In this document: piece after piece, positions 10,288 to 21,883 of the stretch
Layout: each line of letters starts with the position of its first letter
How positions within the stretch are numbered: the first letter of the stretch is position 1
Source of the DNA: Epithemia pelagica
Lineage: Eukaryota > Protista > Bacillariophyta
Assembly: GCA_946965045.2 (NCBI GenBank)
Contig: OX337233.1
Span: 1,054,001 to 1,118,000 of the forward strand
Reading direction: 5' to 3'
Length of the DNA stretch: 64,000 nucleotides
Position numbers and translations under genes: made by a program
The notes under the pieces: generated by a model
The model's database searches: none
Told to the model about the DNA's origin: nothing
What the model saw: the letters and a program-made list of their open reading frames with translations, nothing else

Positions 10288-13200
10288 ATGTCGTCCAAGA
10301 AGTCATCCTCTTCACACAAACGCCATCGCAAGTCACAAGATGACGTTCGCAAGGTCTACGTTGCTCTCCCGGTCCGAGAAGAAGTCATAACCGATAGTAC
10401 AGAAGCCCCATCGAGCCTCGCCGAAAACCCACCTTCATCTTCCTCACACCACAGTGCTGCCACTGGCCCTGACCCTCCTCCTCCAAGCGAAGGATTGCCT
10501 CCTCCTGCTCCCAACGACATGGACGATTCAAGCCGCGACGATTCAGAGGATAGTAATGAAGACGAGGAGGGAGTGAATCCCTATGAAACTCCGGATGCTG
10601 TCAGACCTCCATTTTCAGCCGCCATCCTACAAGCACAACAAGACAACAACAACTACTCAGGACCGTCCACATTTGTACCGAGTGGTGATGCAAGTGATTT
10701 GTCCACCATTCCCTCGACTACCGATCACAGTCAGCAACAAAAACCGCCCCCACAAATGGATTCTTTCTCGGCTGCCTTCCCTTCTTCGAATGTTGCTTCT
10801 TCCCCATCAACCGAAGCACCTTTGTCTAACACCATCAATGCCCATCCACCCGTACCTTCGACGCATAACAGGATTTCGGATTTCTCCTTTAATTTGTGGC
10901 ATCGTCAACAAGTTTTTGGCGCAGTTGAGTTCGGCACCCAGACCTCTCCACAGAAATCACTCAATCTTCTGTCTGCCATCGAAGGCAATGCTGCTCCTCC
11001 CGTTTCCTCCGCCCCAACTGCGGCCGACAGTGATGCCTCCTCTGCACCTAACTACCCCCCCCACAACCCTTGGTCTGACACGGGTTCCTCCTCAGGCACA
11101 ACGAACCACAGGTGTGGCTCACCCGAATCTTAAAGTAAAGGCACGAAAGGTAGAGGAGGGTGCCTTTCTCCTTCCATTGCGCCGCATCTCTCCTCTGTCA
11201 TGCAACAACCCTGGACCCTCTACGGACAACATTCCCTTGGTTGTTGTTACTCCCACCCATCTCGGTCCCAACAAGTCCCTCGGTTTAGTTAAAAACCACT
11301 GTTCCTTGCTCCTCAAAAAAGCCAAGAACTACTCAAAAGGCGTTGGCAGGTCTCCTACTGGTGTAAAAAAACAACGGCGTTACCAAGACAACAAGAGCAA
11401 CAAGCGCAAACACCAGGAATCTACGGCTTCTGAAGATCCCTCCAGTACCTTGTCCGACCAACACTCCCTGCAAGTTGTGACTTCCTTTTCCATGAGGACT
11501 CTTCTCCTGGAGGATCTCTGGTTCTTGAAAGAAGGCACTCCTGTTGCCCTGTTTTTCCATGACGAATCACTCCCACCGCGCTATGCCAAGAAATGGATGA
11601 AGATATGGAATGATACATTGCAATCAATGCATCTTCCACAAGTACTCTGTCAAGGTCGGTCATTTAAACAATTGACTGGTTGGGTTTATCTCAACCCGGA
11701 TGATCGAAGGTCCAAGGTTGTAGGCCTTCACCCCTATCCCGAGATTGAGGAGGCTCTCAAGGAAGTCCATCAACATGGTCTACATTTAAAATTTCCATAC
11801 ATTCCGCCCTCCTCCAACTTCAATTTAACCAATCCGCCAACGGACTGTATTCCGGAGTTGTTGTGTTGGTTCGAGGTCTTCCAGTTCCCTCAATCTATCT
11901 TCGTACAGGCGGACTATCACCCCGAACGACCCTGGCTTACTCAGTTTCGTGGGCTGAAAGCAAGTGGAGACGACCGATTAACCCTCCTTCATCGTTTGGT
12001 TCAAGAAACACCCGGTGACCGGTATATGTTGTCGGACTTGCGGCATGTCTGGGAGCATTGCAAATCAACAATCGTCATAAATGACCTCAAGCAAGAGCAC
12101 GAATCCGCCATTGCTTCCCTTCGCGAAGAACTCTCCAACGCTGTTCCTCCACCATTCATTGAACCAGATGTCATCAAGGACTTTTGCGAGAAGGTTGACA
12201 AACGAATCTTAGATAGAATGGAGGATTGTTTTGGTCGTTTTTGTAATATATTTGACAAGTTCCTCTCAGAGAGTGAAACGAGAGAACTTGCAAATGATTT
12301 TGAGCGAATGCTTCCGGTGCATTTCAACAGCCTCATGGGCTCGAGCGGCTATACCAAGAAATTAGAAGAGGCCTCTGTTAGTTCCGAAGGTCCAAGTTTG
12401 ATGCGCCAACGGTTTTCACTTGATGTACTCTTCCAGTTCATCCTCAAAGCTCGGAAGCAGAACAACCACCGCTTGGTCCCCTTTGCCATGGTTTTTACAA
12501 TGGGGCAATACGCCTGTGGCCACCCTCTATTGGCAATGCAAATTCCTGTTTGGTTGGGACTGTCTGTGTCCAAAAGAACTATGGAACGTCGTATACAACC
12601 TTGGCTGGATACGTATGAAAATCGGACGAAGAAGGCCATTCGTCGTGTTACAAGTCTCCTTTGCGTCTTTGACAACTTGCAAGACGGTAGAAGACTACAG
12701 TTCCAGCATGGTGAGAGTTCTACGTTCACACGGGTGACCGCTAGATTCATGATGACAATGTATCTGTCGAAGTTCCCACAATGGGTTTATTCTTTCATGG
12801 AGCGTCCCTCCATGACATTCATTCAGCAATCAATACCCGCTGCCTTCAACATGACGGCCTTTGAACAATCACCGGATACCGCTTGGTACAATGTCCTAAA
12901 GTCAATGTTTTTCGGAACGTATATCAGTGATACACAACAACATGGCAATCCATTTGACTGTTCGGGCAAGAGGGTACGTTACTACCAACAAATTCGTAGT
13001 TGCTGTTGGGAACTTGGAACAATCAAGCGTTATTTATCAACAAGACGACGGTTGGATTCCAATGTTGACTATACTTTGCAGCCTACTGTTTTCGCCCGTA
13101 ATGCCTGTCGTCAAACTGTCTGTCGCAGTATGAACAAGCTAAGGAAGAACCGCCAAGGCAATATCTTTGCCATTGCGAAACAGTTTCCTCCGAAGGTCGT

Positions 13201-13625
13201 GCAGACATGGCGTAGCACTCCCCCTGCGGCTGAATTATTGATACTTCCTGTCTCAGTTTTAGACGAGACTACCAAAACAGGAGCGTCAGGAATTGTCCTA
13301 GACTTTATGGTGTTGCATGGCCTCCTCGAATGGAACCATGCTACTACAATGTACGAACCGCGTGATAGTATCCGTAGCCTTACAGAAAATGGGAGAGAAG
13401 CATATATTGGATGCAAGGCAACGAGATGCCGAACGTAAGGAGCGGGAAAACCATTTCTTGCGTTTCAAACTTTATAATCGACTCGTCGAGATGGAAGAGA
13501 ATTCTGCCCGACTTGGTTGGGACGAGGAAAGTACAGGTATGGAAGATGACGACATAATGGATGAAGACCCTCTAGACCGGGCGGGCAAGTACTTTGAAAA
13601 TTACAAAAGAAATTGGAGAACTTAA
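10288..13625 (+). CDS. Academ-type (DUF6589-like) transposase with frameshifts near 11100 and 13380; may lack part of the catalytic core
   Basis: Motifs MGQYACG...LGLSVSKRTMERRI, LCVFDNLQ...QHGESSTF and LPVSVLDETTKTG resemble Academ transposases. Low-complexity P/S N-terminus; lies inside the TIRs. Confidence 0.7.
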
Positions 13626-13678
13626 TTACTAACGGTACTACATGTTAAAATGATACTGGATAGTAGAGTGGCGTGTGG

Positions 13679-15856
13679 TTATTCCTTTGTAGGTAAGCTC
13701 TTGAAACCTGTCCATGAATCCGGATCATTAAGGCGTGGGTTCCCATTATCCATATAGCCAAGCTTTACAAGTAGATGTAGACCGTCGACCTCGGGTTCCA
13801 GAATTTGGGCACAAAAGCACTTGATTATAAGTGCTTTGGTTCTTTGCCTAACATACCGGTTAGTTGTCAAACCCAAAACGGATTTCGGGAAAGCTTTGAT
13901 TGGCTTACCACCAGGACCTGGAGTCTCGATGGAGAGGAGCTCGTCAAGAAAGCAGTCTTTGTGTAGAGAGAGCCTTGAAGAGGGTACCTTATCAGTGATG
14001 AACAATCTCACGAGATATGCCTTGAAGTTTTCTATGTTGATTGCCGCATCAAGAGGCGTAGTAATCCGTGGTTTGGCACACCTCCAACAGGCGCCCCCAC
14101 AAGACGTAGGAATGTCACATTGTGTCTGTCGATGTGGATTCAACATCATTTGTTCCAACGCAAAATGCACGCAATGCCCGTCGTCCAAGCAAATAAGCGC
14201 TATAACCTTTCGAATAGCGTCCCATTGGCGTTTTGCTAACGCATCAATGGACAACATGGTAGTAGATTTCATTGTAGAGGTAGGATTGCTTGACTGTTGG
14301 GATGCCGCAGGTTTGTCGGACGCCTGTTTTCTTTTGGCAGCTTCGTATTTTGGTATAAGAAACACCCTCGTCATGAGCGCGACAAGGCTGTTTAGTGATA
14401 TGATCATGGTGAAGGAGGAGGTGTTAAAGGTTGCGGTCACGCTGCGTCCGCATCGTCCAGAACACTGAATCAGATCCTCCAGGCTCTGAGGGAAGCCATG
14501 GAAAATCACTGCGTCCACTTCATGGCAATCAATACCAGAGCCCGTGGTTCCAGCAGTAGCAAAGTATCCGACCGGGTCAAAGCGGAGAAGGCGTCGGGTG
14601 GTCGGACAGGTTTCCACAAGGGGCTTTCCCACGAAAAGATTTGTGTTGTGGAATTTTTGTTCCCTGTACATGTTTCCATGTACCAACACGAGATCTTTTT
14701 GGATTCCCAGTACATTCAGCTGGTGTCGACATTTTTGATGAAGGTCGATAATGGCTTTCCGTGAATTGGAATATATCATTATCTTCCTTCCACCGGATGC
14801 ACGAGATATTTTTACGAGATCCCTCTTTATGCGACGAAGTGGGGTATCTTGAAAGCAAATGTTGAGAGAAATGTTGCGACGCTCTACCCCTGAGTGGCAA
14901 TGGGGCCAAACAAGATCGTTTGTGGGACAGAAAGACAACCCTGTTAACGCTTCAAGGTCAGACACCATTGTCAGCGAGGCGGTAGCTGTCATGAAGAGAA
15001 TGGGAATTGGTGTAGTGGCCCAACGCTTTGCACACTGAAAGAGAACCTGCTTGAGGTCACTGAATTCCTGACGAAACTCCATGCCGTGACATGCATAAAG
15101 ATGGCACTCGTCAACAGCAATGAATCGTAAGGTTCCGTTTTGGAAACATTTGGTAATGGTTTGGCACCACTGAGGGTCTCGCGTCAACTTTTGGGGGGAA
15201 GAAAACAGAGCGATTGTTGTTTTGGATTCTGGAGACAAACTCTCCAACCGTTGGCGAAGAAAGTCGTTGTTGTTGGTGGACCGTATGACATCCAAGTTAA
15301 AGACACGAAGACGCTTGCCCAGGCCTTGATTGGAAGACAGATTTGTTAACTTCGAGGTTTGATCTGCTGATAGACTCAACAGAGGCACGATTGTAAGCGT
15401 GATGCCGCCGCATATGAAGCCACATACATCGCGTACGGCGGACTTTCCCCCACCGGTGGACCGAACAAGGAGCAATGGACGCAAACGTTGAGAGGGAACG
15501 CGTTCGACGTGACGACGGAGGACTTGTTGGCATGCCAGCATCTGCCACGGTCGAACGGTCTTCCCATGCCAGTCTTTGAATGATGCCTCGATGGACCTTG
15601 CAAGATCAGGGGAGTCTTCCGAATGTTCAATCAAAGGGTCAGGTACGGAGTGTACCTCTTCGATGGTCGGCAAAGAGGCATTTGGGGCTGCGGAAGGATG
15701 GTCATCCATTTGGTTGTTGTTCGGTTGTTGTTGGTTGTATTGGTATGGAGCGATCGAAGCCGTCTGCAGGACTGGGCGCTCTATTTCAACGCCGTGGGGG
15801 TCCCTTGAGGTAGTAGAGACCACTTGTGCATGTCGGGGAGGATTGACAGGGTCCAT
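13679..15856 (-). CDS. RecQ-like superfamily 2 helicase encoded by the transposon
   Basis: RPWQ Q-motif, STGGGKS, IVPLLSLSADQ, AVDECH, MTATA, GSGID, QCSGRCGR and a Cys-rich Zn-like motif (C..HF...C...CWRC); uninterrupted 725-aa ORF. Confidence 0.92.
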   Translation of the reverse strand: MDPVNPPRHAQVVSTTSRDPHGVEIERPVLQTASIAPYQYNQQQPNNNQMDDHPSAAPNASLPTIEEVHSVPDPLIEHSEDSPDLARSIEASFKDWHGKTVRPWQMLACQQVLRRHVERVPSQRLRPLLLVRSTGGGKSAVRDVCGFICGGITLTIVPLLSLSADQTSKLTNLSSNQGLGKRLRVFNLDVIRSTNNNDFLRQRLESLSPESKTTIALFSSPQKLTRDPQWCQTITKCFQNGTLRFIAVDECHLYACHGMEFRQEFSDLKQVLFQCAKRWATTPIPILFMTATASLTMVSDLEALTGLSFCPTNDLVWPHCHSGVERRNISLNICFQDTPLRRIKRDLVKISRASGGRKIMIYSNSRKAIIDLHQKCRHQLNVLGIQKDLVLVHGNMYREQKFHNTNLFVGKPLVETCPTTRRLLRFDPVGYFATAGTTGSGIDCHEVDAVIFHGFPQSLEDLIQCSGRCGRSVTATFNTSSFTMIISLNSLVALMTRVFLIPKYEAAKRKQASDKPAASQQSSNPTSTMKSTTMLSIDALAKRQWDAIRKVIALICLDDGHCVHFALEQMMLNPHRQTQCDIPTSCGGACWRCAKPRITTPLDAAINIENFKAYLVRLFITDKVPSSRLSLHKDCFLDELLSIETPGPGGKPIKAFPKSVLGLTTNRYVRQRTKALIIKCFCAQILEPEVDGLHLLVKLGYMDNGNPRLNDPDSWTGFKSLPTKE

Positions 15857-15951
15857 GGGAGAAGATTGCGTCGTTACTAAATGGAGCTCGTAGTGGTTGC
15901 GTTGAGGTGCATGTGAGTTTTGGTCAAAAACGGGAAATCGCCAATTTTGAG

Positions 15952-16036
15952 GATCGCGCCTTGGGGGTGAGTAAGGGAATGTACTCGTAGAAAATGACTC
16001 TCTAGCAGCCTAAAAACTCACCCCCGCTGGGGGGTA
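15952..16036 (-). repeat. Right TIR of the AcademH-like element
   Basis: Reverse complement of 10128-10211. A subterminal block CCCGTTTTTGAC is also mirrored (10219-10230/15923-15934). Confidence 0.95.
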
Positions 16037-16072
16037 CTTGGTTTGTGTGAGGGAATGATGAGACTTTCACAG

Positions 16073-16150
16073 TCCCTAGCGGGGGTGGATACGAGGGTGA
16101 AATTGTCTTTTTACCATCGATGATTACCTCCGAAATATCCTCGCTAGGGA
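16073..16150. repeat. Miniature degenerate Academ-family remnant
   Basis: 16074-16104 matches the MITE right TIR (reverse complement) at 26/31 positions. TCCCTAGCG (16073-16081) is inverted at 16142-16150. Confidence 0.55.
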
Positions 16151-16258
16151 GTGCATACTCTCATCTCTCCACACAAACACAACCGACTCCCCATATATGT
16201 GCGACTGATGGATGGTTAGAAAATATAGGGTCCTGACATACATTCGCCGCTTAGGAGT
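16140..16258. repeat. Dispersed intergenic repeat, copy 2 (copy 1 at 7588-7694)
   Basis: See copy 1; this copy carries an extra ~13 nt (AATATAGGGTCCT). Confidence 0.75.
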
Positions 16259-16360
16259 CCTTGTAGTCTAATTGCGCCTGTAAACAATTTGCCCCATTGA
16301 AGAGAGTATCCCCAAAATCCAGATATACGTTGTGTCAAAAGCCGGAAGCCTGCTTCCACC

Positions 16361-18136
16361 ATGGCAGACGAGAGCGGCGGGAGTAGCGGCGGCTCCGACT
16401 TTATGTCGGACGGCCAACAAGTGACTCTCTTGACGGCTCAAGCGCTCGCCAGTTTGATTTCTGTCTTTGGTTCGGCCAGTGTCCTTGTAATTGTCCTTCA
16501 ATCCAAACGCCGTCAACCACAAGGCATTGCTACCAGCGGCCGCATGGGTGGAAGAGGAGGACAACAACGGACCGCGTTGTATCACCGCATCTTATTTGGT
16601 TTGAGCGTCTATGACATTATCTTCTCGCTGAACTTTGCCGTGGCTCCCTATCTTCAACCGCCAGCGGAACGGTTGCTGGGAGCAGCGGGAACTGTCGCCT
16701 CTTGCAGCGCGAGTGGGTTCTTCCACATGAGTGGTATCGCCACGGTTCTCTACAACCTCAATCTCTCCTTTTTTTACTATCAAACGATTGTGCTGGGCAT
16801 GAGTGAGGAAAAATTGATCCAACGGTTTGAACTCTGGATGCACGGTGTACCGTTTGTCTTTTGGGTTGCCTTTGGTGCGGTCAATGTGGGTCGGGAAAAT
16901 TTCAACCCTTGGGAAACGGTGCGATTGTGCAGCATCAAACCGTACCCCGCAAGCACATGCGCCTTGGACCGAGAGTTGTCCGATTGCGAACGAGGCTCCC
17001 ACGCCATGAAAACGGGGTACATGATGGTCGCTGTGATTGCTTTGAGTTCGCTCCTTTCCATTGTTTTGACCATTCGAGTCTATGTCAGTGTCAAACAAAC
17101 CTTTGCCGCGAGTCGAAAGCACTTGGTATTTTCATCCACGACCGCCGCTCGTTCCAAGGAGGATGCAGCGTCCAATGCTCTTCCAGAAACCCCTTTTCCG
17201 CGCGAGAAAATTGGCGCCCTGGCTGCTGCTCTTCGAAGGAAACAAGAAGAATGGCAGGCCAAAACAGGAACCGGGGCCATCTCGGATTCTGTCACTTTGG
17301 AACCCGTAGCCAGTGCTGGGGCAGGTTCTTGCTCCACGGTCCCCAACGCGACCTCGACACCAGACTATTCCTACCACAAGGATGAGGAAGGATCCAACTC
17401 GGTCTCCGCATCGTCAAGGCCTGTCGTTGTTGTTTCGGAATCTGCAATTCCCTCGAGGACGAGAACTACCTCCCAAGAATCCATTTACCCTCCCGCTCGT
17501 CCGAAAGGAAGCACCACGGATCGCCAAGCAGAACGTTTGCGACAAGTCATGGTGCAAGCCATTTTGTATTGCTCCTTCTTTACTGGAGCAGTTGTTTTTA
17601 TGATGGTGATGATGATTGTGGAAGATGTTGCCATGATTCCTCGAAGTGATCTGGGACAACCGGGGTGGTTTCTTTTGATTCTGGTGGAAACCGTGGCGGT
17701 GGCCTTGTGCGGCTTTTTTCAGTTTTGCATTTACATTCGTCCGTGGTACTTGCGCTGGCGAAGGGCCGGTTTTACTGTTTTGGAAAGTCTTCAGTCCATT
17801 TATCAGGGCCATACCGCTCCCACCCACCCACGCGTCCGGTCCAGCACTCAGTCTCACAAGAATGCCCGCTGCAGTGACACGAGCTGCGCTTCGGCCACCA
17901 CGTCGGCACGAGTACGGAATAACTCAAGGAATCAACCAGACGTGACCGAAGTGACTCCCAGCTCTGCCTCCCGAATGCCTCAGGATTCCGATGACACAAG
18001 ACAACAACAAGATTTGGACGAAGATGTGGATTACATTCCGCCCAAGGAGCAGTTTCTCTCTGCCAAGGAAGCAACAGAAGTGGAGGGGCCCACTTTTGCA
18101 GACGAAGAAGGAGAGAAGTGCTTCCCAGATGAATGA
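16361..18136 (+). CDS. Seven-transmembrane GPCR-like protein (Git3/cAMP-receptor-like family common in diatoms)
   Basis: Seven hydrophobic segments, YHRILFGLSVYDIIFS, extracellular Cys (CSASGF; LCSI...C...C), long third intracellular loop, QAILY. Confidence 0.8.
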   Translation: MADESGGSSGGSDFMSDGQQVTLLTAQALASLISVFGSASVLVIVLQSKRRQPQGIATSGRMGGRGGQQRTALYHRILFGLSVYDIIFSLNFAVAPYLQPPAERLLGAAGTVASCSASGFFHMSGIATVLYNLNLSFFYYQTIVLGMSEEKLIQRFELWMHGVPFVFWVAFGAVNVGRENFNPWETVRLCSIKPYPASTCALDRELSDCERGSHAMKTGYMMVAVIALSSLLSIVLTIRVYVSVKQTFAASRKHLVFSSTTAARSKEDAASNALPETPFPREKIGALAAALRRKQEEWQAKTGTGAISDSVTLEPVASAGAGSCSTVPNATSTPDYSYHKDEEGSNSVSASSRPVVVVSESAIPSRTRTTSQESIYPPARPKGSTTDRQAERLRQVMVQAILYCSFFTGAVVFMMVMMIVEDVAMIPRSDLGQPGWFLLILVETVAVALCGFFQFCIYIRPWYLRWRRAGFTVLESLQSIYQGHTAPTHPRVRSSTQSHKNARCSDTSCASATTSARVRNNSRNQPDVTEVTPSSASRMPQDSDDTRQQQDLDEDVDYIPPKEQFLSAKEATEVEGPTFADEEGEKCFPDE

Positions 18137-19167
18137 GCTAGAGAGGAAAGAGAATGGCACTGAAGTGAAAAAGCTCAAGTTTCACAGATGTGATTCTCAA
18201 TCGGGAGCAGATACCCTCACCTTCCAACCCACACAAGAAGAACCACAACGATGATAAGTCCAACAAACGACACGGAGTAACAACTCTTCGCCATTTATCT
18301 CTGTTCCGCTGGTGGACTTGCCACTGGAACAGCAGCTATGTTCCACTGCAGCAACAACCTTGGGTTAACAGAACGGTCTGTGCTCTGACCTCTTTGTTTT
18401 GCAGCTGATTTTGTGACAGTAAACTTCTGGAAAATCTCCGAACTGCGACGAGAATAGCCAGGAGAAGTTACATTGGGAACAATGGCCTCGCATCCTGGGG
18501 TTGAGGTATCATTTCTGGTTTACTCTTCGTTTCATAATCCCCAGCACGGCCTATAGATGCCCTTTTAACCTAATTTGGTTGACTCGGGTTAAGTGTGTCT
18601 TTTGTTGAGGGCCTTGTGTTTGAAATTTGCTGCACACCGGCAGAGTCACTCTATTATCGAAATCCGACCTTCCTTTGGTACAAAGAGCACTATTATCCAT
18701 ATAGATGAGGTCTTACAGATTGAACGCAAGCAATCAAGGCTCGCAACTATGGTTGAGACGAAAAATCGTATTTCGACACCCAAGCCCACAGTCCCATGCC
18801 CAAAATCTTTTGACGACGATCTAGAAGTTGCATCTCTCAAAAAAACAACTGGGCAGCCGACGACAGGCAAAGTTTGAGGAGGAAGCGTTGCAGAGCATGA
18901 ATTGGAAGAAGAGCTGATTTTAGTGAAAGATGAAAGTCGGCACCTTGAAGCATCACATTCTGACTTCGACGTCAACTAACCCGGCAAATCAAGACGCATT
19001 CTTCCTTGATCTGAAAGAGTCGAACGATGAACGATTCCAACTTCTTGTATAAAGGAAAGGCCAGTGTCATATTCGTATTGCCACAAGGATGATTTGCGAA
19101 GCTTCGTTGTTCGTTGAACAACAGCGTTTTGTATAGCCCGAATCTCCACATCAAAAAGAGATTCACG

Positions 19168-19240
19168 TGTCGGTTCCGTGAATCGAACACGGGGCCTGCA
19201 GATCTTCAGTCTGACGCTCTACCAACTGAGCTAAACCGAC
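19168..19240 (-). tRNA. trnF-GAA: tRNA-Phe (GAA)
   Basis: GTCGGTT TA GCTC AGTTGGTA GAGC G TCAGA CTGAAGA TCTGC AGGCC CCGTG TTCGATT CACGG AACCGAC A folds into a cloverleaf with one mismatch in the anticodon stem. Confidence 0.93.
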
Positions 19241-19816
19241 TCTGACGTGGCCGACTTTTCCTTGTATTATCATGATCCATCAGCGACATCATAGATACAA
19301 TGGATATAGGAGTAGGACGAGAATTTATGTCAAGGGCTCTAGAGGTCTAGGGGAACAAAGAAATCCATTCCTATTCCTAATTCCTACTCCTTCAAGACAT
19401 TCGAATTCGACCGAGAGAGATTCCACACCCACCTAACTAAATCCAATTCTAGCTAGAAGATGTTCGGACGATTCAGGAGGGGTATCCCAGGGACTGTGCA
19501 TGTTTGCATATTGCGACGGCAAGAGCACTCCACGACAGAGTTTAGCATATTGTCTGACCATGTCATGCATCCCATGGTTCGGAACAATGTCCTATCCCCA
19601 TCCATATGCGACGGTTCAACTTTTATGTTCGCCTCTCACACTTTTAACGGTATTTAGGTAACGGCGCTTTCACAGCGACGATATCCTAAATGCGGGGGAG
19701 GGAGTTATCCTGAGAGAGGATTGGCGGTAGCGTTTTCTGCACAGTGACGACGAAAACGTTGAAAGTCCTGTGATCGAATCGCGCACTGTTTTTTGTGTGT
19801 TATCCATTCGTCACGT

Positions 19817-20126
19817 TCAATGTCGTAGACCACCCGAGTGGACTGCGGACGCTGCGGCTAGTTCCGCCGGAGTGGCGGGTGCTCCAGCGGGGCTTTGTGT
19901 CGGGTTGTCGGTCATGGTTAAAAAGGCATGTTGCAATGCGTCCAGAGGTTTGATTCGTTCTTCCGGATTGTACGCCAACATTTGGTACACCAAATCAATG
20001 AATAGCTCGTAATTCCGTTGAGAATTGTGTGCTTCACTGGGAGGATACTTCTTCTTCTGTTGGGCGCCAACTGTAATAACTTCGGTGAGCGAGGCAATTG
20101 GATCGGAACTGGGAACAATAAACTCT

Positions 20127-20163
<37 letters not shown>

Positions 20164-21654
20164 TTTGTTTCTCCTTGTCGGATGACTTGCCACCTTCTTT
20201 GGTTTGTCGCAAGGTCCATTCACGTTGACCCTTCTTTCGATCAAAGAACTGATATCGTACATGATCGCTCGACTTGTCCAGCATATCCTGGGGAACCATT
20301 CCCAATATTTTGACAATCTTTTGCATTTGGTCAAATTGGTCCGATCCCGAGAAGAGCGGTTCTCCCGTGTGCATTTCCACCAGTATACAACCCAAACTCC
20401 ACATGTCAATTGCTACCGAATAGGGAAGACCCAACATAACTTCGGGTGATCGGTAGAATCGACTTTGAATGTAGGAATACATTCGTTTGTTGGACCGACA
20501 GGACGATCCGAAATCAATGACTTTGACTCCACTCTTCTTTGGATGGCGCAGTAATATATTTTCCGGTTTTAAATCGCAATGTATCACATCGACATCCGGC
20601 CGGGCCAAAAAGGCCAAGGCGCGCAACACTTGTTTCGCAAATTTTCGTATCAGACTCAACGAGACACCACCAAACTGAGTGTTCTTGAGCAATTCGTACA
20701 GATTGAGTGATAACATTTCAAACACCAAACACTGATGGTTCCGATACATGAAATGCGTCAAGAGTCGGACTGAACAAACGAGAAAGAACGGCACTATCGT
20801 TAGACAAACCGCCCGCGACAACACACTAAGCGTAGAACTGTGACCAAACGACAGTGGGGTCCACCACTGCAGCGTAACAAATCACACTTGTAGTGTTGTT
20901 GTGATACGTACCAATGTTATGTTGATCGCCTCTATCCTTGTCACACAAATGCGTCAAAAGTTCAATTTCCGTCTTGGCTTGCATCAAAAAGGGTTTTTTG
21001 GATTTGATAATCTTAATGGCCACTTCTTGATGCGTCTCCAAATCTTCCGCACGGACCACTTGTCCAAAGGATCCCTTCCCAATCCGTTCCTTGATTTGGT
21101 ACCGATTGAAAATGACTTCGTTGGTCGTAATGATATAATCGTAATTTTCATCGTCCCATCCATTGTTGTTGGCACCACCCGGTCCTTTTTTGGCCGCATG
21201 GGATGTTGCGTGCTGCTGATGATGATTGTTTGGGTTGCTAGTAGTATTGTTGGTAATGGTTTGGGCCACATCGCGTGATTTTCGACGGGCGGCATCCCGA
21301 TCTTCGTAGTAGACGGTATTAATGTGTTTGTAGGTATCAATCAAACTCACCGACATTTTGATCAAGGGACGTTCCGACGGCAATCGACCCATGGGTGGAG
21401 GCGCTGGAATCCCTTGTTGTGGTTGTGGATGCAAGGAGGCGGACGAGACAAGGCCATCGCCCGCCGCTGCGGTTGCCACCATAGCATGTTGCAGCTGTTG
21501 TTGTTGTTGTTGTTGTTCATAGAGCAATCCTCCACCGACGATTCCATGTTGTTGTTGTTGTGGTAATGGTGGTTGTTGTGGCAGTGGTGGATAGGGTTGT
21601 CGTTGTGCTGGTTGTTGCCTGTTGCGAAAAATAGGTTTGCTGTTGTTGTTGTTG
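19817..21654 (-). CDS. DYRK1: DYRK1/minibrain-type dual-specificity kinase; intron 20770-20911; 5' end lost in the gap
   Basis: LIKMSVSLIDTYKHIN, DH-box DDENYDY, IGKGSFGQV, HCDLKPEN, DFGSS, YIQSRFYRSPE. The GTACGT...TTCAG intron joins NI-G|TC to VRLLTHF. Confidence 0.93.
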
Positions 21655-21854
21655 NNNNNNNNNNNNNNNNNNNNNNNNNNNNNNNNNNNNNNNNNNNNNN
21701 NNNNNNNNNNNNNNNNNNNNNNNNNNNNNNNNNNNNNNNNNNNNNNNNNNNNNNNNNNNNNNNNNNNNNNNNNNNNNNNNNNNNNNNNNNNNNNNNNNNN
21801 NNNNNNNNNNNNNNNNNNNNNNNNNNNNNNNNNNNNNNNNNNNNNNNNNNNNNN
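21655..21854. other. Assembly gap (200 N, probably a placeholder length)
   Basis: Run of exactly 200 N, bordered on the left by a GTT trinucleotide repeat. Confidence 0.99.
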
Positions 21855-21883
21855 CACCCACGAGTATCCTCCTCATCCTCACA

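Larger units (their letters stand above)
10128..16036. mobile_element. AcademH-like DNA transposon (5,909 bp): TIRs, transposase and RecQ-like helicase
   Basis: Ends TACCCCCCAGCGGGGGTGAG...CTCACCCCCGCTGGGGGGTA. Perfect 10-bp TSD CTTGGTTTGT at 10118-10127 and 16037-16046. Two convergent ORFs. Confidence 0.9.

Noticed and set aside
13679-15856. Helitron or host RecQ gene
   Set aside because: The helicase is SF2 (DECH), not PIF1/SF1. No HUH Rep motif is present, and it lies inside TIRs with a TSD.
7710-16036. A larger composite transposon carrying the CRN-like gene as cargo
   Set aside because: The flank before 7710 (GCTTGTCAA) does not match the flank after 16036 (CTTGGTTTG), whereas 10128-16036 has its own perfect TSD.
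18593-19130. Possible decayed gene between the GPCR-like gene and the tRNA
   Set aside because: Short stop-riddled frames with no recognisable motif.
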